DNA from: an uncultured Candidatus Rokubacteria bacterium
GTDB lineage: Bacteria; Methylomirabilota; Methylomirabilia; Rokubacteriales; DASRDR01
Direction of reading: 5' to 3'
Assembly: GCA_963826115.1 (NCBI GenBank)
Contig: CAWGVS010000003.1
Coordinates: forward strand, 67,926-131,925
DNA length: 64,000 nucleotides
Position 1 is the first letter of the stretch. Each line of letters starts with the position of its first letter. The translations under genes and the position numbers were made by a program. Shown here piece by piece: positions 33,058 through 42,331 of the stretch. The notes beneath the pieces are model-generated. The model was not told the origin of the DNA, did not search any database, and worked only from the letters and a program-made list of their open reading frames with translations.

Positions 33058-33806
33058 TGCGACCGGCGATCCGCGTGCTCGAGCTGCGCAACTATCTTCT
33101 CCAGCCTGGCCGGACGCACGATTTCCTCCGGTACTTCGAGGAGCACTTCCTGCGGTCCCAGCGGGACGAGGGCATGCACGTGCTGGGTCAGTTCGAGCTC
33201 GATGGCGAGCCGGACCGCTTCGTCTGGATCCGCGGCTTCGAGGACATGCCGACACGACTCCGCGGGCTGACCGACTTCTACGGCGGCGCGTTCTGGCAGG
33301 CGCGCCGTGACGCGACGAACGCGATGCTGCTCGACCACGAGAACGTGCACCTGCTCCGGCCGCTCGGGCCCGTCGACGCGCTCACCGGCGGCGAGGAACT
33401 CGAGGACCGGGCCGCGGCACCCCTCGCGACGACGCCCCCCGAGGCCGGCCTGGTGGTCGTCGACTTCTACCGCGTCGACCCCGCGGATCTCGGGGAGGCG
33501 GTCGCGCTCTTCGAGCGGCGCGGCCGCGCGGCGCTCGACGAACAGGGGCACGCCGTGCTCGCGCACCTCGTCGGCGAGGCCGCGCCGAACGACTACCCGC
33601 GGCTCCGGGTCATCCAGGATCCCGGGCTCGTCGTGGTCGTCTCCGCCTATCGCGACGCGGCGCACTGCGCCGAGGCGCGGCGCGACTGGGACGCCCGCGG
33701 TCCGCGCTCCGACGCTCCGCTGCGGCCGCTGCTGACGGGAGCGCTGACGACGCTTCGCCTGCGGCCGACCGCCCGGTCACTCATCCGCTACCGGGGCGCC
33801 GTCTAG
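33057..33806 (+). CDS. NIPSNAP-family protein (two repeats)
   Basis: ATG 33057 overlaps the previous stop (GTGATG). IRVLELRNYLLQPG...FLRYFEEHF...FVWIRGFEDM is a NIPSNAP hallmark. Confidence 0.7.
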   Translation: MRPAIRVLELRNYLLQPGRTHDFLRYFEEHFLRSQRDEGMHVLGQFELDGEPDRFVWIRGFEDMPTRLRGLTDFYGGAFWQARRDATNAMLLDHENVHLLRPLGPVDALTGGEELEDRAAAPLATTPPEAGLVVVDFYRVDPADLGEAVALFERRGRAALDEQGHAVLAHLVGEAAPNDYPRLRVIQDPGLVVVVSAYRDAAHCAEARRDWDARGPRSDAPLRPLLTGALTTLRLRPTARSLIRYRGAV

Positions 33807-34822
33807 CGGAGGACGCGAAGCGCACCACCGTCGGGGAGGAAGCCCGAGCCGACCACGAGGCGGCGGCCACCAGACTGGTCCGCCTCGAGGTGGCCGGTCA
33901 CGACGACGCGCTCGCCCGGCTCCGCCGCGTTGCAGTAGAGGCCCTCGAAGCTCACGACCTCGTCAAGCGGGCCCGGCGGCCCTTCGAGCCACCGCACGTC
34001 CGCAACCCGGTACACCGCGGGAAGGAACATCGCCTCGCCGGCATCGATCACACGCGCCTCGACCACCGCGCGCCCCAGCGGAGCGTAGCGCCGGTCGCCG
34101 TAGCCCTCGCGGATCTCCTCGTCGGTCCGGGTCGGGTGGAGCGACACGTAGCGCCCGCGGAAGAGCCGGTAGTGCCAGCGTCGGGCGTCGAGGTCCAACG
34201 TCGCGTCCGGGGCGAGCCCGAAGCGCGCGGCGGTCTCCTCGCGCCACGCGGCCCGCCGCGCGGCGGGCAGTGGCACGAGCCCCTCGCCCGCGAGCCCGTC
34301 GATCACCGCCCTGAGTCGCCGCGCGTGCTCCGCCCCGTAGATCAGGAGGTCGATGTCGGAGAACGCCGGATCGTGGAGACCGAGGAGGATCGACCCCGAA
34401 ATGCCGAGCGCGTCCAGGGGTACGCCGGCCGAGCCGGCCAGGAGCGTCGCGAGGTCGCGGGTCTCGCGCTCGAGCGCGTCCGCCGGCATCGCCACGATCT
34501 CCGCCAGCCGGTGCTCGGGCACGTAGTAGCGGGCCACCGCGTCGCGAGGAACGTGGGAGAACCGGAGGCCCGTGGCCGGGTCGGTCCACAGGTACCGCGG
34601 GTGCGCGGCCTCGAGCCATTCGAGGGTTCGGCGCACGTGGCGGACGTGATAGTAGGGCAACTCCCGCTGGTACGCGACCTCGCCGCGCGCCCACTTACCG
34701 GCGGCGGCCGGCGTGTACTTGAGGTACGCGACGAACCGGTCCGGTGGATGGACGTAGCCCACCACGCAGAAGAGGAGCCCCTCCGGCGTCTCGACGAAGT
34801 CCCGGTCCCTCGGGCGCCGCAT
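33803..34822 (-). CDS. Pol-beta-superfamily nucleotidyltransferase-domain protein of an archaeal-type family (COG1665-like), unknown function
   Basis: 339-aa ORF. DRDFVETPEGLLFCVVGYVHPPDRFVAYLKYTP is the N-domain. ISGSILLGLHDPAFSDIDLLIYG is the GS...D.D nucleotidyltransferase motif. The C-terminal part looks OB-like. Confidence 0.5.
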   Translation of the reverse strand: MRRPRDRDFVETPEGLLFCVVGYVHPPDRFVAYLKYTPAAAGKWARGEVAYQRELPYYHVRHVRRTLEWLEAAHPRYLWTDPATGLRFSHVPRDAVARYYVPEHRLAEIVAMPADALERETRDLATLLAGSAGVPLDALGISGSILLGLHDPAFSDIDLLIYGAEHARRLRAVIDGLAGEGLVPLPAARRAAWREETAARFGLAPDATLDLDARRWHYRLFRGRYVSLHPTRTDEEIREGYGDRRYAPLGRAVVEARVIDAGEAMFLPAVYRVADVRWLEGPPGPLDEVVSFEGLYCNAAEPGERVVVTGHLEADQSGGRRLVVGSGFLPDGGALRVLR

Positions 34823-34989
34823 CCTCCGGATGCTACCGCCCGCGCCGAGACACCGCCACGGGTGCGACGCCGCGTCGCCCGGCGCTCGCGCGATGGCCCG
34901 CCCGCCGTTTGCGCTACACTCTGCCCCTGTGCGCGTGATCCCGCCCGCTCGTCGTTTCCGCTTCCATCGCGCGGCGCTCCAGCGCTCCG

Positions 34990-35913
34990 ATGGCTGAGAC
35001 GGCCGGGGCGTCCCCCGGCCAGGCGGTCGACGCGGCTCGAGCGGGCCGCACCCGCGGGTTCGCCCTCGCCCTCAGCGCGACGGTCTTCTGGAGCCTCGCC
35101 GGGCTCCTGATCCGCCTCATCGGAGAGGCCACGAGCTGGCACATCATCCTGTACCGCTCGATCGGCGCCGCGATCATGGTGGCCACCATGATCGCCGTCG
35201 TCCATCGCGGGCGCGTGGCCGAGGCGTTCCGGCACGCGGGCTGGCCCGCGGTCCTGGCGGGCGCATGCTCGAGCGCGTCGTCGGTGTTCTTCATCCTCGC
35301 GCTGGGCCGGATCACGGTGGCGAACGCGACGTTCATGGGCGGCATCACGCCCTTCCTCGCGGCGCTCGGGGCTCAGATCTTCCTCGGCGAGCGCGTCCCG
35401 CGCCGGGCCTGGGGAGCGATGGGCCTGGCGGCCGCGGGCGTCACGTTGATGCTTGGCGGGGGCCTGGCGCTCGGCCAGCTGTCCGGGAACCTGCTCGCGC
35501 TCTGCTCCGCCGTCGCGTTCGCCGGCCACGCGCTGTTCCTGCGCTGGAATCGCCGGAGCGACATGCTGCCGGCCGTCGTCTACGCGGGGATCCTGGGCAT
35601 CCTCTTCGGGCTCCTGGCGCTCGGGGCGAGCGGCGTCTCGCCCCGGGTCACGCCCCGGGACCTCGGGCTCGCCCTCACGATGGGCGTCGTCCAGCTCGGC
35701 GGCGGGCTCGTCCTCTACACGCGCGCGTCGCGTTACCTCCCGGCGGCGGAGCTCCAGCTCGTCGCGACGGCCGAGCTGGTCCTGGCCCCGCTCTGGGTGT
35801 GGATCGGCGTCGGCGAGGCGCCGGGCGCGGCGACGCTCGCCGGCGGGACGCTCATCCTCCTCGCCATCCTGATGCAGGCGCTCGGCGCCCGCGAGCGACT
35901 CGCCGCGCGGTGA
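34990..35913 (+). CDS. EamA/DMT-family transporter
   Basis: 307-aa ORF with ten hydrophobic segments and duplicated EamA-like halves (VFWSLAGLLIR, AELVLAPLWVWI). Confidence 0.8.
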   Translation: MAETAGASPGQAVDAARAGRTRGFALALSATVFWSLAGLLIRLIGEATSWHIILYRSIGAAIMVATMIAVVHRGRVAEAFRHAGWPAVLAGACSSASSVFFILALGRITVANATFMGGITPFLAALGAQIFLGERVPRRAWGAMGLAAAGVTLMLGGGLALGQLSGNLLALCSAVAFAGHALFLRWNRRSDMLPAVVYAGILGILFGLLALGASGVSPRVTPRDLGLALTMGVVQLGGGLVLYTRASRYLPAAELQLVATAELVLAPLWVWIGVGEAPGAATLAGGTLILLAILMQALGARERLAAR

Positions 35914-35959
35914 GTCGGGCCCGCGAGCGTCTCCCCGCGGGCCGGCTCGCGCGCCGGCG

Positions 35960-37378
35960 TCAGCGAGCCCGCCGCCGGAACGACCGCGACCGCAGCCTTC
36001 GCTGAAAGCGCAGGGTCCGGTCGGTCAGGCTCCCCTTCCGGATCCGCAGGCCCCGGCGGTCGAGCTCGCCCACCGGCTCGCCCAGCGCGACCTCGAGGCC
36101 GGCCGACTTCACCAGTCCGAGCCGCTGACTCGCGTAGACGCTCCGGTGCCCGACCATCAGGAAGGCCGCGCCGGCGCAGAGGGCCGCATACACGCCGATG
36201 GGCCCGGGCAGAAGCTCCATGCCCATCACGGCGGCCGCGATCGGCGTGTTGGTCGCCGCGGCGAGGACGGCGACGAATCCGAGCGCCGCGAACAGGCCGA
36301 CGGGCAGGTGCAGGAGGTGCGCGAACACCGCTCCGCTCGTGGAGCCGATGAAGAAGATCGGGGTGACGATCCCGCCACTCCCTCCAACTCCCAGGGTCAG
36401 CGCGGCCGCGCCGATCTTCACGAGCGGGGCGGTCGCGTCGATCTCTGCCGCCTTCCCCATGAGGGCCGCCTCGATCGTCGGCGTCCCGAGGCCAGCATAA
36501 GCGTCGCCGACCAGCCGGAACAGCACGGTCAGCGCGAAGCCGCCGAGGATCGCGATCCGGTACGGGTGCGCCGCGGCCAGCGGTCGGAGGCTCCGGTCGA
36601 GCATGCGCATCGCCTCGATCAGGAGGAGCGCGACGAGCCCCGCAATCGCGCCGAAGCCGATGGACAGCGCCACGAGATCGGTTCGGCCCAGCCCGCCCAG
36701 GTCCTGGTGGAGCGCGGGCACCGGCGGCGTCACCCCGCTCACGAGGTGCGCGATGATGCCGGCAACCAGGCAGGGAAACAGCACCGGATACTCGATGCGG
36801 CCAAGGTAGAGCACCTCGATCCCGAAGAGCGCGCCCGACACGGGCGTGCCGAACACCGCGGCGAATCCCGCCCCGATGCCGCAGATCACCAGGCGGCGGC
36901 GGTCCTCGTCCGAGAGACGAAGGCGGTCCGCGAAGAAGCTCGTGATGGCCGCGCCGATCTGCGCGCACGGGCCCTCCTTGCCGACCGAGCCGCCGAACGC
37001 CAGCGTCAGGATCGTGGCGAGGAGCTTGACGGGGGCCACCCGCCAGTCGATGCGTCCCGACTGCTGGTGCACGGCGGCGATGACGGCCTCGGTCCCGTGG
37101 CCCCGGGCGCTCGGCGCGAATCGACGCGTGAGCCAGACGCTGACGGGCAGCGCGAGAACGAGAAAGTCGTGGAACCGAAGGCCGCGGGGCGTCAGCCACG
37201 TCGCCACCCTCGTCGAGAAGGCCAGCGCCGACAGGAATGCCCGCGTCCCCAGCCCGACGCACACCCCCGCGACGACGCCCAGCAGGGCCCACTTGAGAGT
37301 GGTGATGGCGAGCGCGGTGTGCTCCGTGTACCAGCGAATCTCCTCGTCGGACGAAGTGGCGGCGGCCATCTCCCGCAG
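35960..37378 (-). CDS. ClC-family voltage-gated chloride channel / H+-Cl- antiporter
   Basis: Start ATG 37378 (MAAATSSDEE) within ORF 35960..37861. GSVGKEGP, GFAAVFGTPVSGALFGIE and GGIVTPIFFIG are the ClC selectivity-filter motifs. Confidence 0.85.
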   Translation of the reverse strand: MREMAAATSSDEEIRWYTEHTALAITTLKWALLGVVAGVCVGLGTRAFLSALAFSTRVATWLTPRGLRFHDFLVLALPVSVWLTRRFAPSARGHGTEAVIAAVHQQSGRIDWRVAPVKLLATILTLAFGGSVGKEGPCAQIGAAITSFFADRLRLSDEDRRRLVICGIGAGFAAVFGTPVSGALFGIEVLYLGRIEYPVLFPCLVAGIIAHLVSGVTPPVPALHQDLGGLGRTDLVALSIGFGAIAGLVALLLIEAMRMLDRSLRPLAAAHPYRIAILGGFALTVLFRLVGDAYAGLGTPTIEAALMGKAAEIDATAPLVKIGAAALTLGVGGSGGIVTPIFFIGSTSGAVFAHLLHLPVGLFAALGFVAVLAAATNTPIAAAVMGMELLPGPIGVYAALCAGAAFLMVGHRSVYASQRLGLVKSAGLEVALGEPVGELDRRGLRIRKGSLTDRTLRFQRRLRSRSFRRRAR

Positions 37379-37389
37379 TGTACGCCCCG

Positions 37390-38265
37390 TCAGGGGGCGC
37401 GGCTCCGCGCGAGCGCCGCGGCCCGCTCGCGGAGCGCCGGCGCGCCGAGCCGGGTTGCCCAGTCCCCGAGCTCGCGGCCAGGACCGCGCCAGCGGAGCCC
37501 GTCGACGTCGGCGCCGACCGGCGCATCCAGGCGCAGCGTGGCCAGCGCGCGGAACAACAGGGCGCGAGCCCGCTCGGCGGCGAGCGTGGCGGCGAGACGC
37601 GCCGCGCCGCGCACCGTCACATCCCACGCCGCGGCCTGGTCCGGGATCGCCTCGATGTGCCGGTACCGGGCGAGCACCGTCGCCGCCGAGCGGGCGCCCC
37701 AGCCCGGCAGCCCGGGATAGCCGTCGGCGGCGTCGCCAACCAGCGCCAGCCAGTCGGGAATCGACGCGGGCGGCACGCCGAACTTCCGCTCGACGCCCCC
37801 CTCGTCGCGCACCTCGCGCGTCCGCCGGTCCAGCTGGACGACCCGGTCCCCCCGCACGCACTGAGCCAGGTCCTTGTCCGGCGTGCAGACCACAACCTGC
37901 GTGACGCGCGGATCGGCCGCGGCCATCGCGGCGGCCGCGGCAAGCGCGTCGTCGGCCTCGAACTCGACCATCGGCCAGACCACGACGCCGAGCGCACGGA
38001 GCGCGTCCTCCAGCGGCTCGAACTGGGCGCGGAGCACCGGGTCCACTCCCTCGCCGGTCTTGTAGCCCGGCCAGAGGGCGTTGCGGAAGGACTCGATCAC
38101 GTGGTCCGTGGCAACCCCGAGGTGTGTCGCGCCGCCCTCGAGCATCCCGAGCACCGACCCGACGACGCCGCGGACGCCTCGGAGGCCTTCCGGAGCGGAG
38201 CGGTCGAAGGACGCCGCGGGCGAGAGGAAATAGCGGAAGAGCTCGTACGTCCCGTCGACGAGGTG
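37390..38265 (-). CDS. 5'-3' exonuclease (FEN/Pol I N-terminal domain family)
   Basis: Proposed GTG start at 38265 (VIVHLVDGTYELFR). VEFEADDALA, TPDKDLAQ, IPDWLALVGDAADGYPGLPGWG and ARSAATVL are the PIN-like and H3TH motifs. Confidence 0.8.
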   Translation of the reverse strand, partial: HLVDGTYELFRYFLSPAASFDRSAPEGLRGVRGVVGSVLGMLEGGATHLGVATDHVIESFRNALWPGYKTGEGVDPVLRAQFEPLEDALRALGVVVWPMVEFEADDALAAAAAMAAADPRVTQVVVCTPDKDLAQCVRGDRVVQLDRRTREVRDEGGVERKFGVPPASIPDWLALVGDAADGYPGLPGWGARSAATVLARYRHIEAIPDQAAAWDVTVRGAARLAATLAAERARALLFRALATLRLDAPVGADVDGLRWRGPGRELGDWATRLGAPALRERAAALARSRAP

Positions 38266-38291
38266 GACGATCACGGAGCCGGCGTTTACCC

Positions 38292-38738
38292 CTAGGACGC
38301 GGACCGCATGAGCTGCAGGGTGCACGAGCGCGGGATCGAGCCGCTCTCCGTCCGGAGCTTCCACCGCTGGCTGCCCGTCAGCCGCGCCACGCTCTCCTCG
38401 ATCCGCCCGCGGTACTCCGCCTCGTAGCTGTAGTTGGGCGTGTTCACCTTGGTCGTGAGCACGACGTCACCGTTCGCCGCCACGGGCCCTTCGCCGCGCT
38501 CGAACATCCCGCTGGGTCCCCCGTTCGGATGCTGGATCTCCCGCTCGTAGCGCGCGCGCCCGTCGGCCACGGCCATCGTCACCTTCGTCCGCAGCGGGCG
38601 GAGCCTCGGCAGGGCCTCGCACTCGATCGTCCCGACGAAGGTCCCGGTCCCGACCTGTGCGACCGACGCGGTGGTGACAAGCGCCGCGGCAAGGAGGACG
38701 ACCCCCGCGGCGCGCGACGCACCCGGGCGAGCCGTCAT
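38292..38738 (-). CDS. secreted protein, unknown function
   Basis: ATG 38738 (MTARPGASRAAGVVLLAAALVTTASVAQV, a signal peptide) within ORF 38292..39266. It overlaps the upstream ABM gene by ATGA. No recognisable domain. Confidence 0.5.
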   Translation of the reverse strand: MTARPGASRAAGVVLLAAALVTTASVAQVGTGTFVGTIECEALPRLRPLRTKVTMAVADGRARYEREIQHPNGGPSGMFERGEGPVAANGDVVLTTKVNTPNYSYEAEYRGRIEESVARLTGSQRWKLRTESGSIPRSCTLQLMRSAS

Positions 38739-39079
38739 CGAGACCGCCCTGACGGCCCCGCGTGAGGCTTCCCCCAGTACAGGGGCGCGGCCGGGAAGAC
38801 GGGCCGGCACCTGATGGCCTCGGTCGGCCCGTCGAGGGTGTCGGCCACCGCCCGCCACACGGCGTAGTGGGGCGTGGCCCGGTGCGCCTCCAGCGCCTCC
38901 GGTCCGGTGTACACCTCGTAGAAGTAGTACACGTTCGCGTCCTGCTCGTCCTGGAGCACGTTGAACCGCAGGCAGCCGGGTTCGTCCCGCTCCGAGCCGA
39001 GCGCGTCGGTCTCGATCGCGTCCAGGAACCGCTGCCGGAGCTCCGGCTTGATCCGCACCTTCACCCAAATCGCGAGCAT
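38735..39079 (-). CDS. antibiotic-biosynthesis-monooxygenase (ABM) superfamily protein
   Basis: 114-aa ORF. MLAIWVKVRIKPE...CLRFNVLQDEQD...YYFYEVYTGPEALEAHRATPHY is a typical ABM/Dabb sequence. Confidence 0.75.
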   Translation of the reverse strand: MLAIWVKVRIKPELRQRFLDAIETDALGSERDEPGCLRFNVLQDEQDANVYYFYEVYTGPEALEAHRATPHYAVWRAVADTLDGPTEAIRCRPVFPAAPLYWGKPHAGPSGRSR

Positions 39080-39277
39080 GCGTCCCCCTTCGTGCGATCG
39101 AGACCCGGTCGTCCCGGGACCCCGTCAGGTCCGGCAAACGCGGTGATTTTGCACTATTATGCATGGGACGGCTCTCGCGTTCAGGCGGTGCCCACCGCCA
39201 TACCGGCGTTGCCAGGCTGAGAGGGGTTCTCACCGGTCGGCGTCCTGGAAACACTCCGAGAGTCAAGGAGGCTCGTC

Positions 39278-39937
39278 ATGTCGTTGCGGATCAACAGCGA
39301 GGCCCCGAACTTCACCGCCGAGACCACCCAGGGCCCGATCCACTTCCACGACTGGATCGGCGCCGGGTGGGCCATCCTCTTCTCCCACCCGAAGGACTTC
39401 ACTCCGGTGTGCACGACCGAGCTCGGCTACATGGCGCGCCTCAAGCCGGAGTTCGACAAGCGGAACACCAAGGTCATCGGGCTGAGCGTCGACCCGGTCG
39501 CAGACCACCTGCGGTGGTCGAAGGACATCGAGGAGACCGGCGGCTATCCCGTCACCTACCCGATGATCGGGGACCCCGAGCTCAAGATCGCCAAGACCTA
39601 CGACATGCTGCCCGCCGAGTCGGGCAGCACCTCGCAGGGCCGCACGGCCGCCGACAACGCCACGGTCCGGTCGGTGTTCGTCATCGGCCCCGACAAGAAG
39701 GTCAAGGCGATGCTGACCTATCCGATGAGCACCGGCCGCAACTTCGACGAGGTGCTGCGGCTCCTCGACTCCTGCCAGCTGACGGCCAAGCACAAGGTCG
39801 CGACGCCGGTGAACTGGCGGCAGGGCGACGACGTCATCATCGTGCCGGCCGTCTCCGACGCGGAGGCCAAGGAGAAGTTCCCCGGCGGCTGGAAGTCGCC
39901 CAAGCCGTACCTCCGCATCGTCCCGCAGCCCCGGTAG
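39278..39937 (+). CDS. 1-Cys peroxiredoxin (Prx6 subfamily)
   Basis: 219-aa ORF with RBS AAGGAGG. APNFTAETTQG, WAILFSHPKDFTPVCTTELG, DPVADHLRW and SVFVIGPDKKV match. Confidence 0.92.
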   Translation: MSLRINSEAPNFTAETTQGPIHFHDWIGAGWAILFSHPKDFTPVCTTELGYMARLKPEFDKRNTKVIGLSVDPVADHLRWSKDIEETGGYPVTYPMIGDPELKIAKTYDMLPAESGSTSQGRTAADNATVRSVFVIGPDKKVKAMLTYPMSTGRNFDEVLRLLDSCQLTAKHKVATPVNWRQGDDVIIVPAVSDAEAKEKFPGGWKSPKPYLRIVPQPR

Positions 39938-40059
39938 CCGGACGGCCAGGCTGGCCGCCGCGCGGGTGACGGGGCTCCTGCTCCCGCTCCGCCCGGGCGG
40001 CGGGCGGCCGGGTCGAAGGCCGGACGGCCCGGTGCGAGTCCGTCGCGAGAGGCGCGCGC

Positions 40060-41178
40060 TCAGCGCCCCGGCCAGACCCAGAGGTCCGGCCACTGGTCGT
40101 TCCCCTCGTGGTGCGTGAGGCGCACCGCGTGCTCCCAGGGAGTTCCGACCTCCCACACGAAGATCTCGTAGTCGGCGCTGTCGTGCTCGTGGCCCTCCGC
40201 GGCGGCGCCCCACACGAGCCACCGCCCGTCGCTCGAGAGCTTCGGAAAATACTCGTGGCTGTAGGCGCCCGGGAGATCCATGAACACACGGCGATCGGCG
40301 CCGTCGGGTGACGCCGCCATGACCCTGGTGCCGCCGTTGCCGCCCGTCTCCATCCAGAGGACGCGCCGGTCGTCGGGCGCCCACGTCGGCTGGCACGCCT
40401 GCTCCCGCGTGAGGATCGAGAGCCGGCGGGTGACGAGATCGAGCACGACCGCTCCCGAGAACTGGCCCTCGAGCCCGTAAGCGCCGCCAAACCGTCCCCG
40501 GAGCCCGAACGCGAGCCGCCCGCCATCGTGCGACAGCTCGAAATCTCCGATCTCGGTGACCCCGTGAAACTCGCGCTCCCCGTCGAGGACGAGATCCTGC
40601 CGACGGGTCTTCAAGTCGAGGCGCCAGAGCTGGAAGCCCTTCTCGAACACCACCGCCGCGCCCCGGTCCGCCCAGGTCGCGTGGTATCCGCCCCGCGCCA
40701 AGACCTCCTCCCCCGTGCCGTCCGTGTTCACCAGCATCACGTCCCACGCCGCCTTCTCACGGAAGCTCACCCCTTCCCTCTGACTCCGGAGGAAGAGGAC
40801 GCGTCGCCCATCCGGCGAGAGGCGCGAAAGGAAGTCGACGCGCGGGTCGCGGGTCAGCCGGCGGGACGTCTGCCGGGTCAGGTCGAGCAGGTACAGCTCG
40901 TGGTTGCCGGTCCGATTCGAGGACCAGACGACGAGCCCGTCGAGCCTCCGCCCGAGGACCGCGACCGCCTCGCGCTCGGGGCCCGTGAGAGCGCGGAGCC
41001 GCCGCCGGACGGGCACGAGCGGGGCCGTGGCCCGCATCCACTGACGCGCCGGCCAGCGGGCGGCCGCCGACAGCGGCCCAGGCAGGAGGTGGGCGACCCG
41101 GGCGAGCGCCACGTCAGCGCCGATCACAAGCGCGAGTACCAGGATCGGCACCAGCACGCGGTACCGGCCCTGCTTCAT
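40060..41178 (-). CDS. membrane-anchored TolB-like beta-propeller (PD40 repeat) protein
   Basis: Start ATG 41178 (MKQGRYRVLVPILVLALVIGA). Repeated SPDGRRVLF / SHDGGRLAF / APDDRRVLW / SPDGADRRVF / SSDGRWLVW blades. Confidence 0.7.
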   Translation of the reverse strand: MKQGRYRVLVPILVLALVIGADVALARVAHLLPGPLSAAARWPARQWMRATAPLVPVRRRLRALTGPEREAVAVLGRRLDGLVVWSSNRTGNHELYLLDLTRQTSRRLTRDPRVDFLSRLSPDGRRVLFLRSQREGVSFREKAAWDVMLVNTDGTGEEVLARGGYHATWADRGAAVVFEKGFQLWRLDLKTRRQDLVLDGEREFHGVTEIGDFELSHDGGRLAFGLRGRFGGAYGLEGQFSGAVVLDLVTRRLSILTREQACQPTWAPDDRRVLWMETGGNGGTRVMAASPDGADRRVFMDLPGAYSHEYFPKLSSDGRWLVWGAAAEGHEHDSADYEIFVWEVGTPWEHAVRLTHHEGNDQWPDLWVWPGR

Positions 41179-41296
41179 GGCCGACGGGTCCGCAGGCGAC
41201 GGGGCGCGCACCCCGCCCACAATCCGGGGCACATCCCGGCACCACGGGTCGTCCGCCGCCCCCGCGCCGGAGGAAGGGCGCGGATGTGGCCCGCGC

Positions 41297-42301
41297 TCAA
41301 CGCGCCGACGCCGGCCGGCCCGCGCACACGCGCGCCAGGAACAGCTCGAGGAAGCGCGCGGCGTGGACCCTCGTCGCGACCCGGCAATTCGGCGGAGTCC
41401 GCTCGCCGGGTGGCAGCGTCCGGAGGTCGGCCACCGATGCGCCGCGCGTCACGCGCCCCTCGTCCTCCACGTCCACGTGGAGCGGCGCGAGATGGACCAG
41501 CGAGGGATCGAGCGCCACCCCCACGGCGAGCGGGTCGTGGAGCGCGAACCCCTCCTCGCCCCGCCGGTCGCCGAACGTGAACAGGTGGTTCGTGAAGTCG
41601 TCGATGAACCGCGCCACGCGCGGGTCCCCGCGGCCGAGGGCCGCGGCCAGCTGCTCGCGTCGAAGCGTGACCTGCTGCGTCGCGTCCAGCGGAACCAGCT
41701 CGAGCGGCAGCCCCGAGCGAAAGACCGCGGCCGCGGCTTCCGGGTCCACGTGGAAGTTGAACTCCGCCGCCGGCGTCACGTTCCCGGGCACCGCCACCGC
41801 GCCACCCATGATGACGATGCGCGCAACCCGGGCCAGGCGGCGCCGGTCCCGCTCGAGGGCGACGGCGAGATTGGTGAGGGGCCCGAGCGCCACGACCACC
41901 AGCTCGCCGGGGAACCGGTCGGCCATCTCGAGGATGAGGTCGGCGGCGTCGACGCTCTCCGCGCGCGCGAGGCGGCCGGCGGCGGAGACCGGGTAGCGAG
42001 GCGCGCCGTCCGCGTCGAGGAGGCGGGTCGCGCCTCCGAGCCCGTCGTCGCCGTGGAATTCCGACGCGGTGACGAGCGGGCCGCGGAGCGGCGCCGCGGC
42101 GCCGCGGGCGACGCGCACCGGCGAGACCGGTGCCCCGACCGCAACGATCCGGTGGACGTTGTCGGTCGTGAAGTCGACGGGGACGTTGCCCGCCACCGAG
42201 GTGATGGCCTCGAGCGACACCTCCGGAGACGCGAAGGCGAGGAGGATCGCGAGCGCGTCGTCGATGCCGGGATCGGTGTCGATCAGCCAGGGCACGGGCA
42301 C
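41297..42301 (-). CDS. nucleoside hydrolase (inosine/uridine-preferring, IUNH family)
   Basis: 334-aa ORF. LIDTDPGIDDALAILLA is the DxDxxxDD Ca-binding motif. FHGDDGLGG and HDPLAV are also present. Confidence 0.88.
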   Translation of the reverse strand: MPVPWLIDTDPGIDDALAILLAFASPEVSLEAITSVAGNVPVDFTTDNVHRIVAVGAPVSPVRVARGAAAPLRGPLVTASEFHGDDGLGGATRLLDADGAPRYPVSAAGRLARAESVDAADLILEMADRFPGELVVVALGPLTNLAVALERDRRRLARVARIVIMGGAVAVPGNVTPAAEFNFHVDPEAAAAVFRSGLPLELVPLDATQQVTLRREQLAAALGRGDPRVARFIDDFTNHLFTFGDRRGEEGFALHDPLAVGVALDPSLVHLAPLHVDVEDEGRVTRGASVADLRTLPPGERTPPNCRVATRVHAARFLELFLARVCAGRPASAR

Positions 42302-42331
42302 GGGAACGGCCTCTCGGGTCCGAGCGCGGGT

